Assembly (NCBI RefSeq): GCF_036971445.1
Contig: NC_091471.1
Location: 342,488,001 to 342,552,000 of the forward strand
DNA: 64,000 bases
Source: Narcine bancroftii
Lineage: Eukaryota
Reading direction: 5' to 3'
Shown: positions 1-12,860 of the stretch, in pieces
Position numbering within the stretch: position 1 is the first letter of the stretch
Layout of the letters: every line of letters starts with the position of its first letter
Translations under genes and position numbers: made by a program
The notes under the pieces: model-generated
Databases searched by the model: none
What the model was told of the DNA's origin: nothing
Seen by the model: only the letters and a program-made list of their open reading frames with translations

Positions 1-304
1 TTTCTTGCTTAATATATTCAGCTTTGTTTACATAGAGGAGTTTTAGATTTCAATTATTGAACTACCTCTCTTACAATCTTTACCTGAAGCTTATTACATT
101 GTAATCATTATCTGTGTCTGTTTCCCTGCTTCATTCTTGTCCCTGCTGTGTTTATTTCCCATTAGTATCACTCATCGCATGCTTCCTTCTGCATTTCTTA
201 CAAGTGCTGGCTACAATCCCTAAATTCCCCTCTAAATTTGCTCGCACTTCGGCAAGCCTGATCGCTTGGCTACACTTCTACTCCCAGTGTACAAGCAGAG
301 ACTA

Positions 305-2036
305 AGGATCACAGCACCAGTAGTGAAGACAGTGGTTGAGGGAGGCGGAGGAGCACCTGCAGGATTGCTTTGAATCGATGGACTGGAGTAATATTCAAGG
401 ACTGATTTTCAAGATTGAATGAATGTGCCACAGCTCTCAGTGACTGCATCAGGACCTGTGTAGATGTGTGTGTCTCCATACTTTGAGCATCCAAACTAAA
501 AGCCATGGATGAACCAGAGATTTTGCAACTTGCTGAGGCCGACATGGATGGCATTTAAGACCAGAGATCCAGATCTCGACAGGAAGTCCAGGCACATCTG
601 ATGGAAGGCTATCTTAACTAGAAACTTGTAGGCCATTACATCCTACAAGGTAAAGCCTGACATCATAAATGAGTGTGATGCTTGAATCCCTGATGAGCTG
701 AACACCTTTTATGCTCACTTTGAAAAGGAGAATTCAACACTGTACCAATGAGAATCTCTGCAGAAGCTGGTGATCTTGTGATATTTATCTGAGGCCAAAG
801 TCAGAACATCTTTCAAGAGGGTGAACCCTCGCAAGGCATCAGGTCCTGCTGAGGGTAGCTGGAAAGGTACTGAAAATCTGTACCAACCAACTATCTGGAG
901 TATTCAATTTCTCATTTCTGCAGCCGATGTTGGCACCTGCTTCAAAAGGGAATCGATCAAAGAGCGAAGAGCGATGTGATCTGCCTCAATGACCATCGCC
1001 CAGTAGCACTCACATGTACAGTGATGAAATGCTTTGAGAGTCTGGACATGTCCAGAATTAACTCATATCTAAATAAAGATCTGGACCCACTGCAGTTCGC
1101 CTACCGCCACAATCTCTCCACAGCAGATGCAATCTCACTGGTGCTCCTCTTAGCCCTGGATCAATTAGACAACAACCACATTCACAACAGGCAGCATTTC
1201 ATCAATTACAGTTCAGCTTTTCGCACCATCATACCCTCAGTGCTGGTCAGTAAGCTTAACCACCCTGGTCTGGGCTGAATCATAGACGGCAATGAGGAAG
1301 CATACAGGAGCAAGATTGATCAGTTAGTTGAGTGGTGTCACAACAAACTTGCATTCAACGTTAGCCAATTTAAGCAACTGATTGTGAACTTCAGGAAGGG
1401 GAAATCAGGAGAATGCAAACCAGTCCTCATCAAAGAATCAGCAATGGAAAGGGTAATTAAATTCCTGGGTGTCAATAGCTCTGAAGATCTATCCCGGGGC
1501 CTTCATGTTAATGCAATCATGAAGAATGTTCACTCAGTTAAAAATTTGAGGAGATTTGGTATGTTAGCAAACCTCTTGCAAATTTCTATAGGTGGACCAT
1601 GGAGAGCATTCTGCCTATTTGCAACACTGCCTGGTTTGGAGATGCCAACAGGACGGGAGGAAGCTACCAAGAGATGGGAACTTGGCCAATGCCATCATGG
1701 GCATCAGTCTTCACCCTATCAAGGTCATCTACAAGAGGCGGTGTGTCTCAGGGAAGCAGCCACTATCCTCAAGAATCCTCACCACCCAGGCCATGTCCTC
1801 TTTTCATTGCTACCATCAGGAAGGAGATCCAGGAGCCTAAAGGCAAACACCCAATGGTACAAGAAAGCTTCTTCCCCTCTGCCCTCAGTTTTCCAAACGC
1901 ACAATAAACTATATACACTTTATCTCTTTTTTTGCATTCATTAATGTTTTTTAAATGAGTGTTTTTCATCTGTGAACCTGCTGCAAAGCAACAAAGTTTG
2001 TGACACATGATTCATGATAATAAATTCTAATTCTAA
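305..2036 (+). mobile_element. Rex1/Babar-like LINE remnant, degenerate RT with internal deletion near 1272
   Basis: ORF 976-1278 has RPVALTCTVMKCFE and DPLQFAYRHN-STADAI; ORF 1384 has KFLGV and LRRFG; HPGHVLFSLLPSGRR C-terminal motif; 3' tail CATGATAATAAATTCTAATTCT. Confidence 0.85.
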
Positions 2037-2576
2037 TAATCCCAAAAGCTTGCAAACTTTATTCAATAAATGATGATTAACCTGGCCAATTACAGGCTCT
2101 TCAAATATTGATGGCTTGAATGCATTTAAAAACACTAATTCCAAAGACAAGTAATAGTTACTTGGACAATCTTGGCCTAATAAAGGAGAGACATCCCAGT
2201 AGAGATTGTATTTGATGAATGTCACTGCAGGTTTTGGATATGGCATTAAGAAGGACAATGCATTTAAAACTGTATATATTGTCTTTCAATAGGCATTTGT
2301 ATACAAACCACAAAATAGGCGTGTAATCAAATTCAGGTTCAGGGGTTGGACGAGACGTGGAAATGAAATCGAAGAAGGCACAGTAAACAGATTTGCAATG
2401 AAAGATCTGGACAACAGCAGATGACCAAGTTTTTAAGGTTCTGTGATTGTATCACATCCACTTTTAACTCAGACCTGGGAGTAGAGAGCACATCTTCAAA
2501 TTTTGCTGGTGAGGTAAATAATTAAGAAAATATTAATAGATTTGAAGGGATGCGGAAAATCTTGTGGAACCAATAA

Positions 2577-3172
2577 CAGGTAGAGAATCTTTGGTCCGAA
2601 ACCCTTGGTACCAGACATTTTTTTGGAATTTGGAATTTTTTGGATAATAGAATAATAATAATAATTACGTTAAATCATTGCGCTGATTTCAGATTTGCGC
2701 AAAACAAAGACACATTCCAACTAAAAGGGCCACTGGAAGGGGGAGGTTGCGGCAGAGCGGGAACTAGCGGAATAATGTTTGGCCCAGACTAGAAGGGCAG
2801 AATGGCCTATTTTCTGTGCTGTCATGTTCTGTGGTTTTATAGATGCGTGTGGGGTGAGGTGATGACAGCATTGGACATGAGGTGGTGGCAGCGATGGACA
2901 CGAGGGTGTCCAGCCATCTACGACGAATAATCGAGCATCTGTATACAGCAAATTGGAGCCACTGAACTGTTTTTTCCCCCAGCTGGCACCTATAAAGTAA
3001 GGATTCACTAGGGCTCTACTAATCACCAACACGGACTGACATGGGATATTCAAGTGTGAGTTGAGCGACGGGTTGTGTTTGGCGCCAAATATGACTTTTG
3101 GTGTGCAGACGACATCCGTGGAAAAAATGTTCAGTTTTTGGATTTCAGAATTTCGAATAAAAGATTGTGTAC
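2577..3172. mobile_element. Tc1/mariner (Tigger-like) MITE containing a CR1 3'-end fragment (~2765-2840)
   Basis: Imperfect TIRs: GTAGAGAATCTTTGGTCCGAAA vs reverse complement of TTTCGAATAAAAGATTGTGTAC. Confidence 0.5.
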
Positions 3173-3369
3173 AATAATAACAACATAAGAAATGGAAGCA
3201 GGTGTGTCCATTCTGCCCCTCTTGTCTGGATTGCTATTCGCAGTTTTTACGATATCATTTTGCAGCAGTGACCAGCATTCAAAACAATATTGATCCTTAT
3301 CTTGATATACTCAGGGACAGAAACCCATTGCTTCATTAGATAAAGAATCTAAATATGTATTACATTCTG

Positions 3370-4020
3370 GGTGACAGACAATGGCAGGTGAAATTGAACA
3401 TAGGGAAGTATGATGATGTATTTTGGTAGGAAGCAGATAAAAAGCACATTACATCACGCACATTTTAAAAGGAATGTAAGGAACAAACCTGAAGGTGTTG
3501 ACATATAATTTTTTGAAAAGCAAATCCAATTAAAAAGCAGTTAATAAAGTCTATTGGAGTTTATGCTTTATAAAGGAAAATATACAGTACAAAAGCTGGG
3601 AAGTTCAACTAAACCTATTTAAATATTAGTTGTGTTCTAAGAGTATTTTGTTCATTTCTTACCATTACATTAAAGGAAGGATGTGAAGCCTTTTGAACAG
3701 TACATAAGAAGATTTACAGGAATTGTTCCAGGGATAAAGGATTACATTTATATAGAGAAACTTGAGAGCTGGGATAAATACCTCCAGGCAATGAAGGCAA
3801 AAATGATTAGATTTGTGTTTACAACTTTGAAAGATTTTTATAAAGAAAGAAGGTGTTACCAATCAGCTCAAGTGTTGATATTTTGAGGCTGCAGGTCACT
3901 GCTTATGGCAGAACAGAGGTGAGTGAGGAAAATCTTTCTAACGCAACAAGAATAATCTGCCTGATTGGCTGCAGGATATAAATCTAATAATATAACCTTG
4001 AGAAAGGAACTGAAAAATAA
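3370..4020 (+). mobile_element. Old CR1 LINE RT 3' remnant
   Basis: Decayed W-Q-x-K-F-N motif region and RRFTGIVPGIKD-like peptide in ORF 3683. Confidence 0.55.
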
Positions 4021-4136
4021 CATGAAAACATAAAAATATAACAAATAAAATAATAAAAACAATTATGTTTATGTAGAACAAGTCCAGAGCTGGGGGAAGC
4101 TGGCAATTAAATCTCTTCCAGAGGTATCATAACTGA

Positions 4137-4810
4137 TATTCAAGATACCATTAATGTCTTGTAATAGTACAAAACATGTAATAAACAAAATTGCCTTTTG
4201 CCTGCTGTAAGGCAGAGTTGCCGCTACTGAAGCAAAGAAAATCCCATCAGTTCACTGGGTGTCGGTGGATTCGACTCCAACACTCCCGCAGCCTTCTGTT
4301 CTACCCATCAGCGACCCAGTCTCCAATTCCAAATCTCCGACACGATCAGGAAGCCTTTAGTACCCAAGGAGCCCTTCTTGTCCCGAGCACCCTCTCCAAT
4401 CCCGCCTCTGATTCCTGAATACAGCAGCCCACACCTCTTGTCAGGTCCACTGACCAGAAGTCGCCTGCAGCCAGTGTGGCCCCCTCAGCCGCTGAGTCCT
4501 GTAAGGTAATCTCCCAATGGTTCTCCTTCTCAGCATGGGATGTCCTTCCCGATTCTGTGCCGGTCCACTGCTCCCCCGGAGTCTGCAACCCTCGTGGCCA
4601 CTGCCGAGTACGGGTGCAGCCATCCTTGGGCACAGATCTCGCGGGCGTAGGATTTTAAAATAAAACACCGTCAGCTCTTTTAACAGGCCGTTTTATGCCT
4701 GCCTGGAGTCACCAGCATTAGGACTGGGTGGCTGAACACTTTGGAGCAGTGCCATGCCTCCAGTCTCCCGGGTCTGTGCCAGCCAGCAGCACTGGCTTCA
4801 CAACGGCTCT
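4137..4810 (-). mobile_element. Non-coding retroposon family X, copy 1 (GC-rich body, Rex1-like tail)
   Basis: Colinear with 16165-17200 (same strand) and 31395-32118 (opposite strand); shared blocks such as GTCTGCAACCCTCGTGG and AGGCTTCCTGATC. Confidence 0.7.
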
Positions 4811-5321
4811 GCCTTTGTTTTCATCATGAGCACATTTGCTAACATGTGAAGGAGCGCTACAAGTCATAAAACCTATATGGTTTTTTTTTTCTTCTTGGAG
4901 TTGGAAGATGAGAGTAAGCATTTTGCCTATTTTTTTTTTAACTCATTTTATATTTTGATGCCATTTCTCTCTCACTTCCTTTGCTCTACTTGGGTGCTGT
5001 GCAGAGCTCTTCCACGGCCACAGTCATTCACCTCAAGGGCTGCAGTATATTTGAACCCATGTAGATTCTGTTTTGTTCTCTTTATTATTTATGTCCTTCC
5101 TCATTATGGCAATGGTTTTCTTTCGTTGACCACGACTAACACCTCTCCTTCCTTAATTTTTGATATGCAATAACTTGCAATAATTGCCAAGCTTCTTTCT
5201 TCTCAAGCCATTACTTGAATTATATCTGTCACCCTGTTTCCTCTAATTAGTGTTACAAATTTCTCCACTTTGTTGTTAATGCTCTGTCTTGGTTATACAA
5301 TAATTTTAATATTATTTTAAT

Positions 5322-5462
5322 ATTACATTTATATAGAGAAACTTGAGTACTGGGATAAATACCTCTAGGCAGTGAAGGCAAAAGCGATTAGATTTGTGTT
5401 TACAACTTTGAAAGATTTTTATAAAGAAAGAAGATCTGTTACCAATCAGCTCAAGTGTTGAT
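5322..5462 (+). repeat. Dispersed ~140-bp duplicate of 3741-3879
   Basis: ATTACATTTATATAGAGAAACTTGAG...CCAATCAGCTCAAGTGTTGAT occurs at both loci with few differences. Confidence 0.9.
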
Positions 5463-5689
5463 TTTACTATAATTTTTCATTAATTCCTGCTTTGTTCAAC
5501 ATTTTGCAAACACTCTAAACATGTCTTTTTATTTTTAATTCTCTAACCTCTATTCTTAACATTTCCCTTAACTTTACATGCTCAATCCGAACTGCCGCTC
5601 ACACCCAGAAACCAGCGCTATTCCTGCAGTAGCTTTTCATCCTGCGTCAGTCACTAAATTAAAGGCCTCCACTTCATGCCCCTTCCGTG

Positions 5690-5865
5690 AAGGTGGGTGT
5701 GATAAGAACAAGAGGTCATAGTCTAAGGATAAGGGGTACATCGTTTAGGACTGAGATGAGGAGAAACTTTTTCTCCTCAGAGAATTGTGAACTTGTGAAA
5801 CTCCCTACCACAGAAAGTTGTTGTGGATAGTTCATCAGACGTATTCAAAAGGGGGTGGATGCAGA
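5690..5865 (+). mobile_element. CR1 3' fragment
   Basis: AGAACAAGAGGTCATAGTCTAAGG...GAGATGAGGAGAAACTTTT, encoding the TRGH-L and RNFF motifs. Confidence 0.7.
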
Positions 5866-6344
5866 GTAAAGATTTGCGTGGTATCACTGACCTTGACACA
5901 CAGATAATTGATTTATTTCATTGCCTTCATTTCACTAAAACTCCATTCATTTTTTGCTATCAACCAATTATTGTGTCCCTATTGTAACTCCACCTGTGCT
6001 AAGTCAATGGTTTTGGAGATTGCCCCAGAGACCATAGAATGCAATATACTAATTGAGATGCTACTGCTTTGTGTGAATCAAAGTGAAATGGCAATGCGCT
6101 GAAGAGTATAAGGGAAGACTTTCTAGAAGTAGAAGCCAATAGCATAGTAATCTGAAAATCCTACAAAAGTGAGTCTATTTTAACATATGTAAGGAAAAAT
6201 CATTGATCAAGCGATTGTAAAATGACTTAGGAGCACTGATGCACAGAGAGACCTTAGGGGACATGCCCATGGTTCCCTGAAAGTGGTGAAAAATGACAGG
6301 CATTATGGTTGACATGGGTGAGGTGGATTACAAGGGCTGTTCTC

Positions 6345-7190
6345 TGTGCTGCGTTTTTTCAGGCGCCTTGCTGTTCAGCATGGGAAATCATGTCTCTCCA
6401 TCCATCACGGTCTCTGACCCACCGAATTGTAGTTGTTGCCTCTCCTGTTTCTAACCATGATGTTAATCCATGTATCATTTTCATTAACTGTCTCCCTCTT
6501 CATCTTTATCCTTCCTGCTTTCCAGTTGTAACTAAATGTTCCAATGTGTCTCTTAGAATGATGTGTCCAAAGAATTTTGATTGTTTTTTTCTGATTGTTT
6601 TCAGTAATGTACATTTTGTTCTTGTTCTTTGTAGAACTTCTCCGTTTGTTATCCTGTCCGTGTATGATATGCGCGGCGTTCTTCTGAGAAACCACATCTT
6701 CGCTGCATTGATTCTTTTTCTCCATTGCATTTGTGATCATTCATGACTCTCAACCATACATCAACATAGGAAATATGTTGCAGCTGAGAGTTCGAAGGTG
6801 GACGCCAATTGCTATTTTCATGTTTGTTGGGATGTTCCTCATTTCTATAAATGCTCTTCTTGCCATTGTTTTTCTTGCTTTTATGTCTATTTCACATTTG
6901 CCATCAGATGCTACACATGATCCAAGGTGTCTGAAGTTGTGAACTTGTTTCAGGATTTCATTTCCCAATACGATCCTACAATTTTTGGAATGTCAGGTTT
7001 CTTTGAAATTACCATTACTTCACTTTTCTTTATGTTTAAAGTTAGTCCATGCCTTTTGCTCTCTGCGTTGATGGTAGATACTAATTTCTGTAAATTTACT
7101 TCACTGTTTGCTCTCAGTACTGTATCATCTACATAGCAGATATTACTGATACTTATTCCGGGTAGGGCTTGTATGGTTCTCAATGTGCTG
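6345..7190 (-). mobile_element. RTE-clade LINE remnant, older family distinct from the young RTE
   Basis: Frameshifted minus ORFs: NICYVDDTVL...GLTLNIKKSEVM, FRHLGSCVASDGKCEIDIKARKTMARRAF, MWFLRRTPRISYTDRITNGEVL. Confidence 0.85.
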
Positions 7191-7397
7191 AATATCTCAG
7201 TGTTTCTATGGCTACAGGCAGCTGGAAAAAGGGGAATTCCCTGTTAGTTTGGGTGCTGAATAAACAAGCCATTTATCTGTGGTCCATATAATAGAACAGG
7301 TTGGATTCACCACAATTCTATCATTGGTGCCACTTTGCACATTGAAACAAAAAAGTATCAAATATTACATATGTTACAAATGTATTATGATCACCCT

Positions 7398-7789
7398 CTT
7401 CTTCTTTGGCTTGGCTTCGCGGACGAAGATTTATGGAGGGGGTAAATGTCCATGTCAGCTGCAGGCTCGTTTGTGGCTGACAAGTCCTATGCGGGACAGG
7501 CAGACACGGTTGCAGCGGTTGCAGGGGAAAATTGGTTGGTTGGGGTTGGGTGTTGGGTTTTTCCTCCTTTGCCTTTTGTCAGTGAGGTGGGCTCTGCGGT
7601 CTTCTTCAAAGGAGGTTGCTGCCCGCCAAACTGTGAGGCGCCAAGATGCACGGTTTGAGGCGATATCAGCCCACTGCTGGTGGTCAATGTGGCAGGCACC
7701 AAGAGATTTCTTTAGGCAGTCCTTGTACCTTTTCTTTGGTGCACCTCTGTCACGGTGGCCAGTGGAGAGCTCGCCATATAACACGATCA
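7398..7789 (-). mobile_element. Young RTE LINE, 5'-truncated, with 17-bp TSD
   Basis: ORF LYGELSTGHRDRGAPKKRYKD...CNRCNRVCLSRIGLVSHKRAC; (AAG) tail; TSD TGTATTATRATCACCCT at 7381-7397 and 7792-7808. Confidence 0.95.
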
Positions 7790-8389
7790 TGTGTATTATA
7801 ATCACCCTAATACATAGATAAATGGAGTTAAGCAGGAAAGTCTCCAGATGCCTGTATTGTGGTGCATTGCATCTATAGATAACTGCTTTGTTTTTATTTT
7901 TCTTTTATCACCTCACCTTTTCGTTATTTATATAATCTGTTTCAAAATGTTTCTGATGCCAGGGACATATATAAAATAATGACAGTAGGGCTTTTAAAAA
8001 AAATGTCATTGAAACAGGATTTCAGGATCCACTGGTGGTCCACAATGCCTCATAAGGTATTCCAATCCATTCATCTCACAGCGATGCAGAAGGCAAAGGT
8101 ACTAATGGCAAGAGCATGAGTGAAGAGCAGAGATTGGGTCCAGAGCAATTTAACGCAGTGACTATGCAAAGGAATTTCTCACCAGTGAAGAGAGGAGTGG
8201 ATTCAAGGTATTGCTGTGAAGAAACTAGATAAAGTGACACTCAAGACACTTTGCCAAATAATGTTGTCTCTTTACTCTAAAGAGAAGCTCAAAAATGTAA
8301 ATAATTATTGAATATATTCACTTAAAAAGCTCAAAGTTGTTAGCATTTTACTGTGTTACTCTAGAGCACTTTTCATTGCAAAAAATTCC

Positions 8390-9225
8390 ATCAGCACATT
8401 TTTCCCACTCCATCTTCTGCAGGGACCACTCCCTCCGTGACTCCAACATCCACTTATCCATTCTCACTAATTGCCCCTTGTAACTGCAGGAAGTGCTAGC
8501 TACACTTGCGCCCACACCTACTCCCTCACCAACATTCGGGGCCACAAAAAAGTCCTTCCAGGTGAAGCAACACTTCACTTGTTAATCTGCAGGAGTTATC
8601 AACAATATCCGGTGCTCCTGTTGTGGCCTCCTATACCTCAGAGAGACTGGGCGCAGACTGGGAGATTGTTTTTTTTGAGCACTTTCACTTTGTCCACTGC
8701 AAATGTTAGGACCTCCTGGTGGCCAACCATTTCAATTCCACACTAATATGTCTGTTCATGCCTTCATGCACTGCTTTACTCAGGCCACCGGCAAATTGGA
8801 GGGACAAACTGTGGGCAAACTCTAACTAGATAACATGAACATTAACTTCTCAAATATCTGTAAGACCCCTCCCCTGTCTCTCTCCTTCCCTCTGTCTCCT
8901 TTTCTCCAGCTTCCAATCCCAATTCCCTCTCCATTCAGAGACCTATCCCCTCCCCCATCACTTTCTGGCTATTTTCTCCTGCCCTCCCACCCATATCCAC
9001 CTATGACCTCTTACCTGTGGGCCTGTGCTCCTCTCCCTGCCCCTTTCCTCCTCCCATGCCCCCCCCCATTTTACTCAAAAACTTGCCTGCTTTTTGCTCA
9101 TTCCTTGACAAAGGGCTCAGGCCCGAAAAGTTGGCTACATATCTTTTAAAGAATGCTGAGCTTATCCAGCACTTCAGTGTATTGAACTACAATCACAACA
9201 TCTGCAGACTTTCTTCTTTAACATC
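8390..9225 (+). mobile_element. Penelope-like element 3' part (GIY-YIG endonuclease and terminal repeat)
   Basis: Decayed FQVKQHFTC-SAGVI...C..CGLLY..ETGRRLGD; pyrimidine tract; hammerhead-like motif at 9105-9135. Confidence 0.8.
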
Positions 9226-9734
9226 TTGGAATCTATGATTTTGTTTGGTGGTTTCTGCTAATATAAATTCAGTGTGAGTCATTCCACTTTGTCTCCTCCG
9301 CTACCTGTGGAATTTCCTTCTGAAATGATGGGGATGGGGGGGCTGAAGACACTAAATTAATTTTAGTAGGTTATCCAACATGTTTTCCATCATGAACACA
9401 TTTGCAAATTCAGTGCATAAGAGTCTTTTACCCTCTTCATTCAATTGTTCATTTTGCAGCTTTAAGCATTGCACATGTATTCCTGGCAGTAGATTCTATT
9501 AATGCAGCGGAGGTGGAATGGGAAAGTTAAAGGAGGTACAGACCGTACAATTGATTTTACCATGATCTGTTGCCATTGGCAGAATATAAAGAATTCTGAC
9601 AAGAAAATTGATTTTTAACTTGAATTGTTTGGCATCAAAAGTGATTTCCCCACTTTCCAGGTTTAGCTTTCGCATTTCAATCAGATGCATTTGCCCTAAC
9701 ATGATGATGCTTGCAAACAGTCTAAACCCAGAGG

Positions 9735-11150
9735 AATTGCCAGGATCCAGCATGGCTTCCTTCAGGGAAAATCTTACTTGACAAATTCTTTGGAATTCTT
9801 TGAGGAAGTGACAAGTAAGCTGGATAAGGGACCGTTGTATATTTGGATTTTCAGAAGGCCTTTGACAAGGTGCCGCACATGAGGCTACTTGACAAGATAA
9901 TAGCCCATGGCATAACAGGAAACATACTAGCATGGGTAGAGTAATGGTTGATTGGCAGGAAGTTGCTAGTGGTGTTCCTCAGAGATTGATGTTAAGGCTA
10001 CTTCTTTTTATGTTGTCAATTAATGATTTGGATTTTGAAATAAATGGCTTCGTGGCCAAGTTTGCAGCTGATATGAAGGTAGATGAAGGAGCAGGTAGTG
10101 TTGAAGAAACAGGGAGGCCATAGAAGTTCTTAGACCAATTAGGAAAATGGGCAGACAAGTGGCAAATGAAATATAATGTTGGAAAGTTACGGTCATGAAC
10201 TTTGAGAGAGAATTAAATGGACAGACTATTTTTTAAAAGGGGAGAAAACTGAAAATACCCACATTTAAATGGATCTGGGAGTCCTGGTGCATGACAGCCT
10301 GAAGGTAAGCATTCATATCGAGTCAGTGGAGAGGAAGGCAAATGCAATGCTGGCATTCATTTCAAGAGCAACAAAATACAAGAACAGGGATGTGATGTTG
10401 AGGCTTGATAAGGCACTGATGAGATCTCATGGAGTATTGTGAGCAGTTTTGAACTCCTCATTTAAGAAAGGAGATGCTGATATTGGAGAGGTTCAGAGAA
10501 TCTTCACGGAATGAAAGGGTTATCATATGAGGAGCATTTCACAACTCTTGCCCTGTAATCATTGGAATTTAGGAGAATGAGAAGGGATCTCATTGAAACA
10601 TTTTGAATGTTCAAAAGCATGCAGATCTAGAAAGATTGTTTCCTTTGGTTGGAGAGTCCAGGAAAAGAGGGCACAACTTCAGGATTGAAGGGCATCTGCT
10701 TTGAACAGAGATGTGGTAAACCATTGTTATAATTGGCTGCTGTCAGCTGGACATGCCTCCTGAGATTGATCCTACCCGTAGCCATTTCACTCTGCCTTGA
10801 TCAGTCAATGAGGTTGACGGCTGTTTCAATCTATAGTTAATAAAAGCCTATCAATTTCACAACAGTCTTGTGCGATTATTGATGGTGCATCAGATGTGGA
10901 GGAACATCTCTAGCCAGAGGGTGGGAAATCTAGGGGATTTGTTCCCACAGGTGGTTGCAGAAGCCAGGTCTTGGTGTATTTAAGGCAGAGATTGATCGGT
11001 TCTTGATTAGCCAGGGCATCAGAGGTGATGGGGAGAAGGCCAGGCTAATTGGGGCTGAGTGAAAAAATGGATCAGCTCATGATTAAATGGTAGGACAGAC
11101 TTGATCGGCTGCATAACCTATTTCTGCTCCTGTGTCTTATCGTCGTATAA
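9735..11150 (+). mobile_element. CR1 LINE RT remnant interrupted by a solo LTR
   Basis: QHGF, YLDFQKAFDKVPH, SGVPQ, KFAAD and WQMKYN motifs; CR1 3'UTR. Confidence 0.9.
10712..10892 (+). mobile_element. Solo LTR (~181 bp) nested in CR1
   Basis: TGTGGTAAACC...AATAAA...ATTGATGGTGCATCA; CR1 sequence resumes afterwards; termini resemble 35075-35295; TSD ambiguous (GATG if the start is 10714). Confidence 0.7.
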
Positions 11151-11267
11151 TCCAGGTGACTATAACAATGTAGGAGCAGGAGATGGCTATTTTGTTCATC
11201 TCTTCAGGAAGATCGTGGCTAAACTATGGCTCCAACTCTACTTTCTTGCCCTTATTTAAGTCATAGA

Positions 11268-11500
11268 TTTAAATTGAAATGTACAGCACAGTTACAGGTC
11301 CTTCTGGCCAAGGAGCCCATGGCTCAAATTAATCTACAAGCCCCGTACATTTTAAAGGGTAGAAGGAAAGCAGGGCACCCCGCCAAAACCTTGCAGACAT
11401 GAGAAGAATGTACGCACTCCTTACAAACAGTGATGGATCTGAACCAGAATTGTTGGTGCTGAAATAGAATTGCACACATCACCATGCTCACCTTGCCACC
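11268..11500 (-). mobile_element. tRNA-derived V-SINE
   Basis: Reverse complement has a GGTGGCA head, V-domain TGTAAGGAG...TCTGC and an ATTTAA tail; homologous to 39461-39700. Confidence 0.7.
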
Positions 11501-11632
11501 CAAGTGCATATATGTGCAAGTCAGCAAGCTTCTAGTAAACTTTACGGCACAGTGAGTAACAAACCCTTGCAACATACTCTAATCCATCGGGCTCACTTTG
11601 CAATGCATTCTGGTTTTGAGCTTTTTGACTCT

Positions 11633-11998
11633 TGTTAGGTCTGCTTTGTTCATGAATGAGTGAGTCAGACACCAGACTGAGTCGAAATCAAGGTTCTTTG
11701 TTCTTTATTGCCGGATTGTAACACTTGCAACTAACAGTGTTAGTTGGAGAAGGCGCATTCTGCCGTTATCAGCAAGTGGTGTTTTTTTTATAGCTCAGGA
11801 TACGTACTTAGTAAATTATCACACCATGACATTGTCCAATGAATAAACTGTTGCTATCCTTCTCTCTTAGTCTGCTGCACATCATTCTTGTTATTGCCAC
11901 ACTTATCTTGAGTGTACAAGGTCACACCTGCATCCTGTTACTCCTTAGTACTGGGTGACTCCTTCTCCGGTCCCATCTCATGATGTTTTTACCTTACA
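11633..11998 (-). mobile_element. Solo LTR family A, copy 1
   Basis: TGTTAGG...CCTTACA termini; TSD CTCT; TATA and AATAAA on minus strand; homologous to 38123 and 55519. Confidence 0.92.
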
Positions 11999-12156
11999 CT
12001 CTTTAAATCACCATTATGCCTAAGGAAACTGGATGGGAGACTCTTTTTGAGAGTGGAGAAGATGAAGTGTGAAGGTCCTTAATCATAGTCACTATCTGTT
12101 GACTTCTCTGGGAAGAAGCAGATCACAGGAACAAACTGTACGATCTTTGAAGTTCA

Positions 12157-12860
12157 AGTCCATTTCACACTGACTAACCAGTAAATTGGCTGTTCAACGA
12201 ACTGGTTAAAGAAGCCGTTTTTGCCTTTCACACGGGACCACTGTTAACCAGTTCTCTGTGTCTTTTCACAATCGCCCCCAGGCATCCCCTGGGAGAACAG
12301 CGCCTCTCCTCCACTGGTGACATCTGAGTGATGCTTCGAGCAATGGCAGCCTTGCCCTCCCAGAATTCTTTGCAGCAGTGCAACCCCTCCGTGAGTGCTC
12401 CTTTCTCTGCCGCATGGAATTCCCTACAAGGTTCACCATCACTCTCTCTCTGCGACTTTCCCATAGTCTTTATAAATTGTCCACCTATGTGTTTTTATTC
12501 CCACTACCACTTTCCCATAGTCCTTTATAAATTTATAAAGGTTTGTACGTCGGTACAACAGGGGCTGAATGGCTCATGCTGTGCTTTATATAATGCTTAA
12601 TTTTGTTATAATTAGGCATGATTAATTTTATTTAAATAGAAGATCAGGCTTTAGTAAATTGAATAAAAAGTTTAGACCTTCTTAATCCTTTGTTTCCCTC
12701 ACGTTCCTGCACTCAAGCAAAAACATCATCAACGTGCCATTACTTTGTCCTTGGATAGTCCATGTCCCTTTCACACTGGGCTAATTGACACATAGGCATC
12801 AAATGACACCAGGGATGATACACCCTACCTAGGGGGTCCATCCTCGGGGTGAAATAGGAT
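12157..12860. mobile_element. Probable PIF/Harbinger-like non-autonomous DNA transposon
   Basis: Repeated TTTCACAC motifs (12163, 12226, 12769) and inverted GGTGAAA at the right end; internal 24-bp duplication 12456-12533. Confidence 0.35.

Noticed and set aside
7279-7821. Long antisense or alternative-frame ORFs over RTE copies (also 27579-28046 and 58496-58849)
   Set aside because: Shadow frames of GC-rich RTE coding sequence; starts and stops differ between copies.
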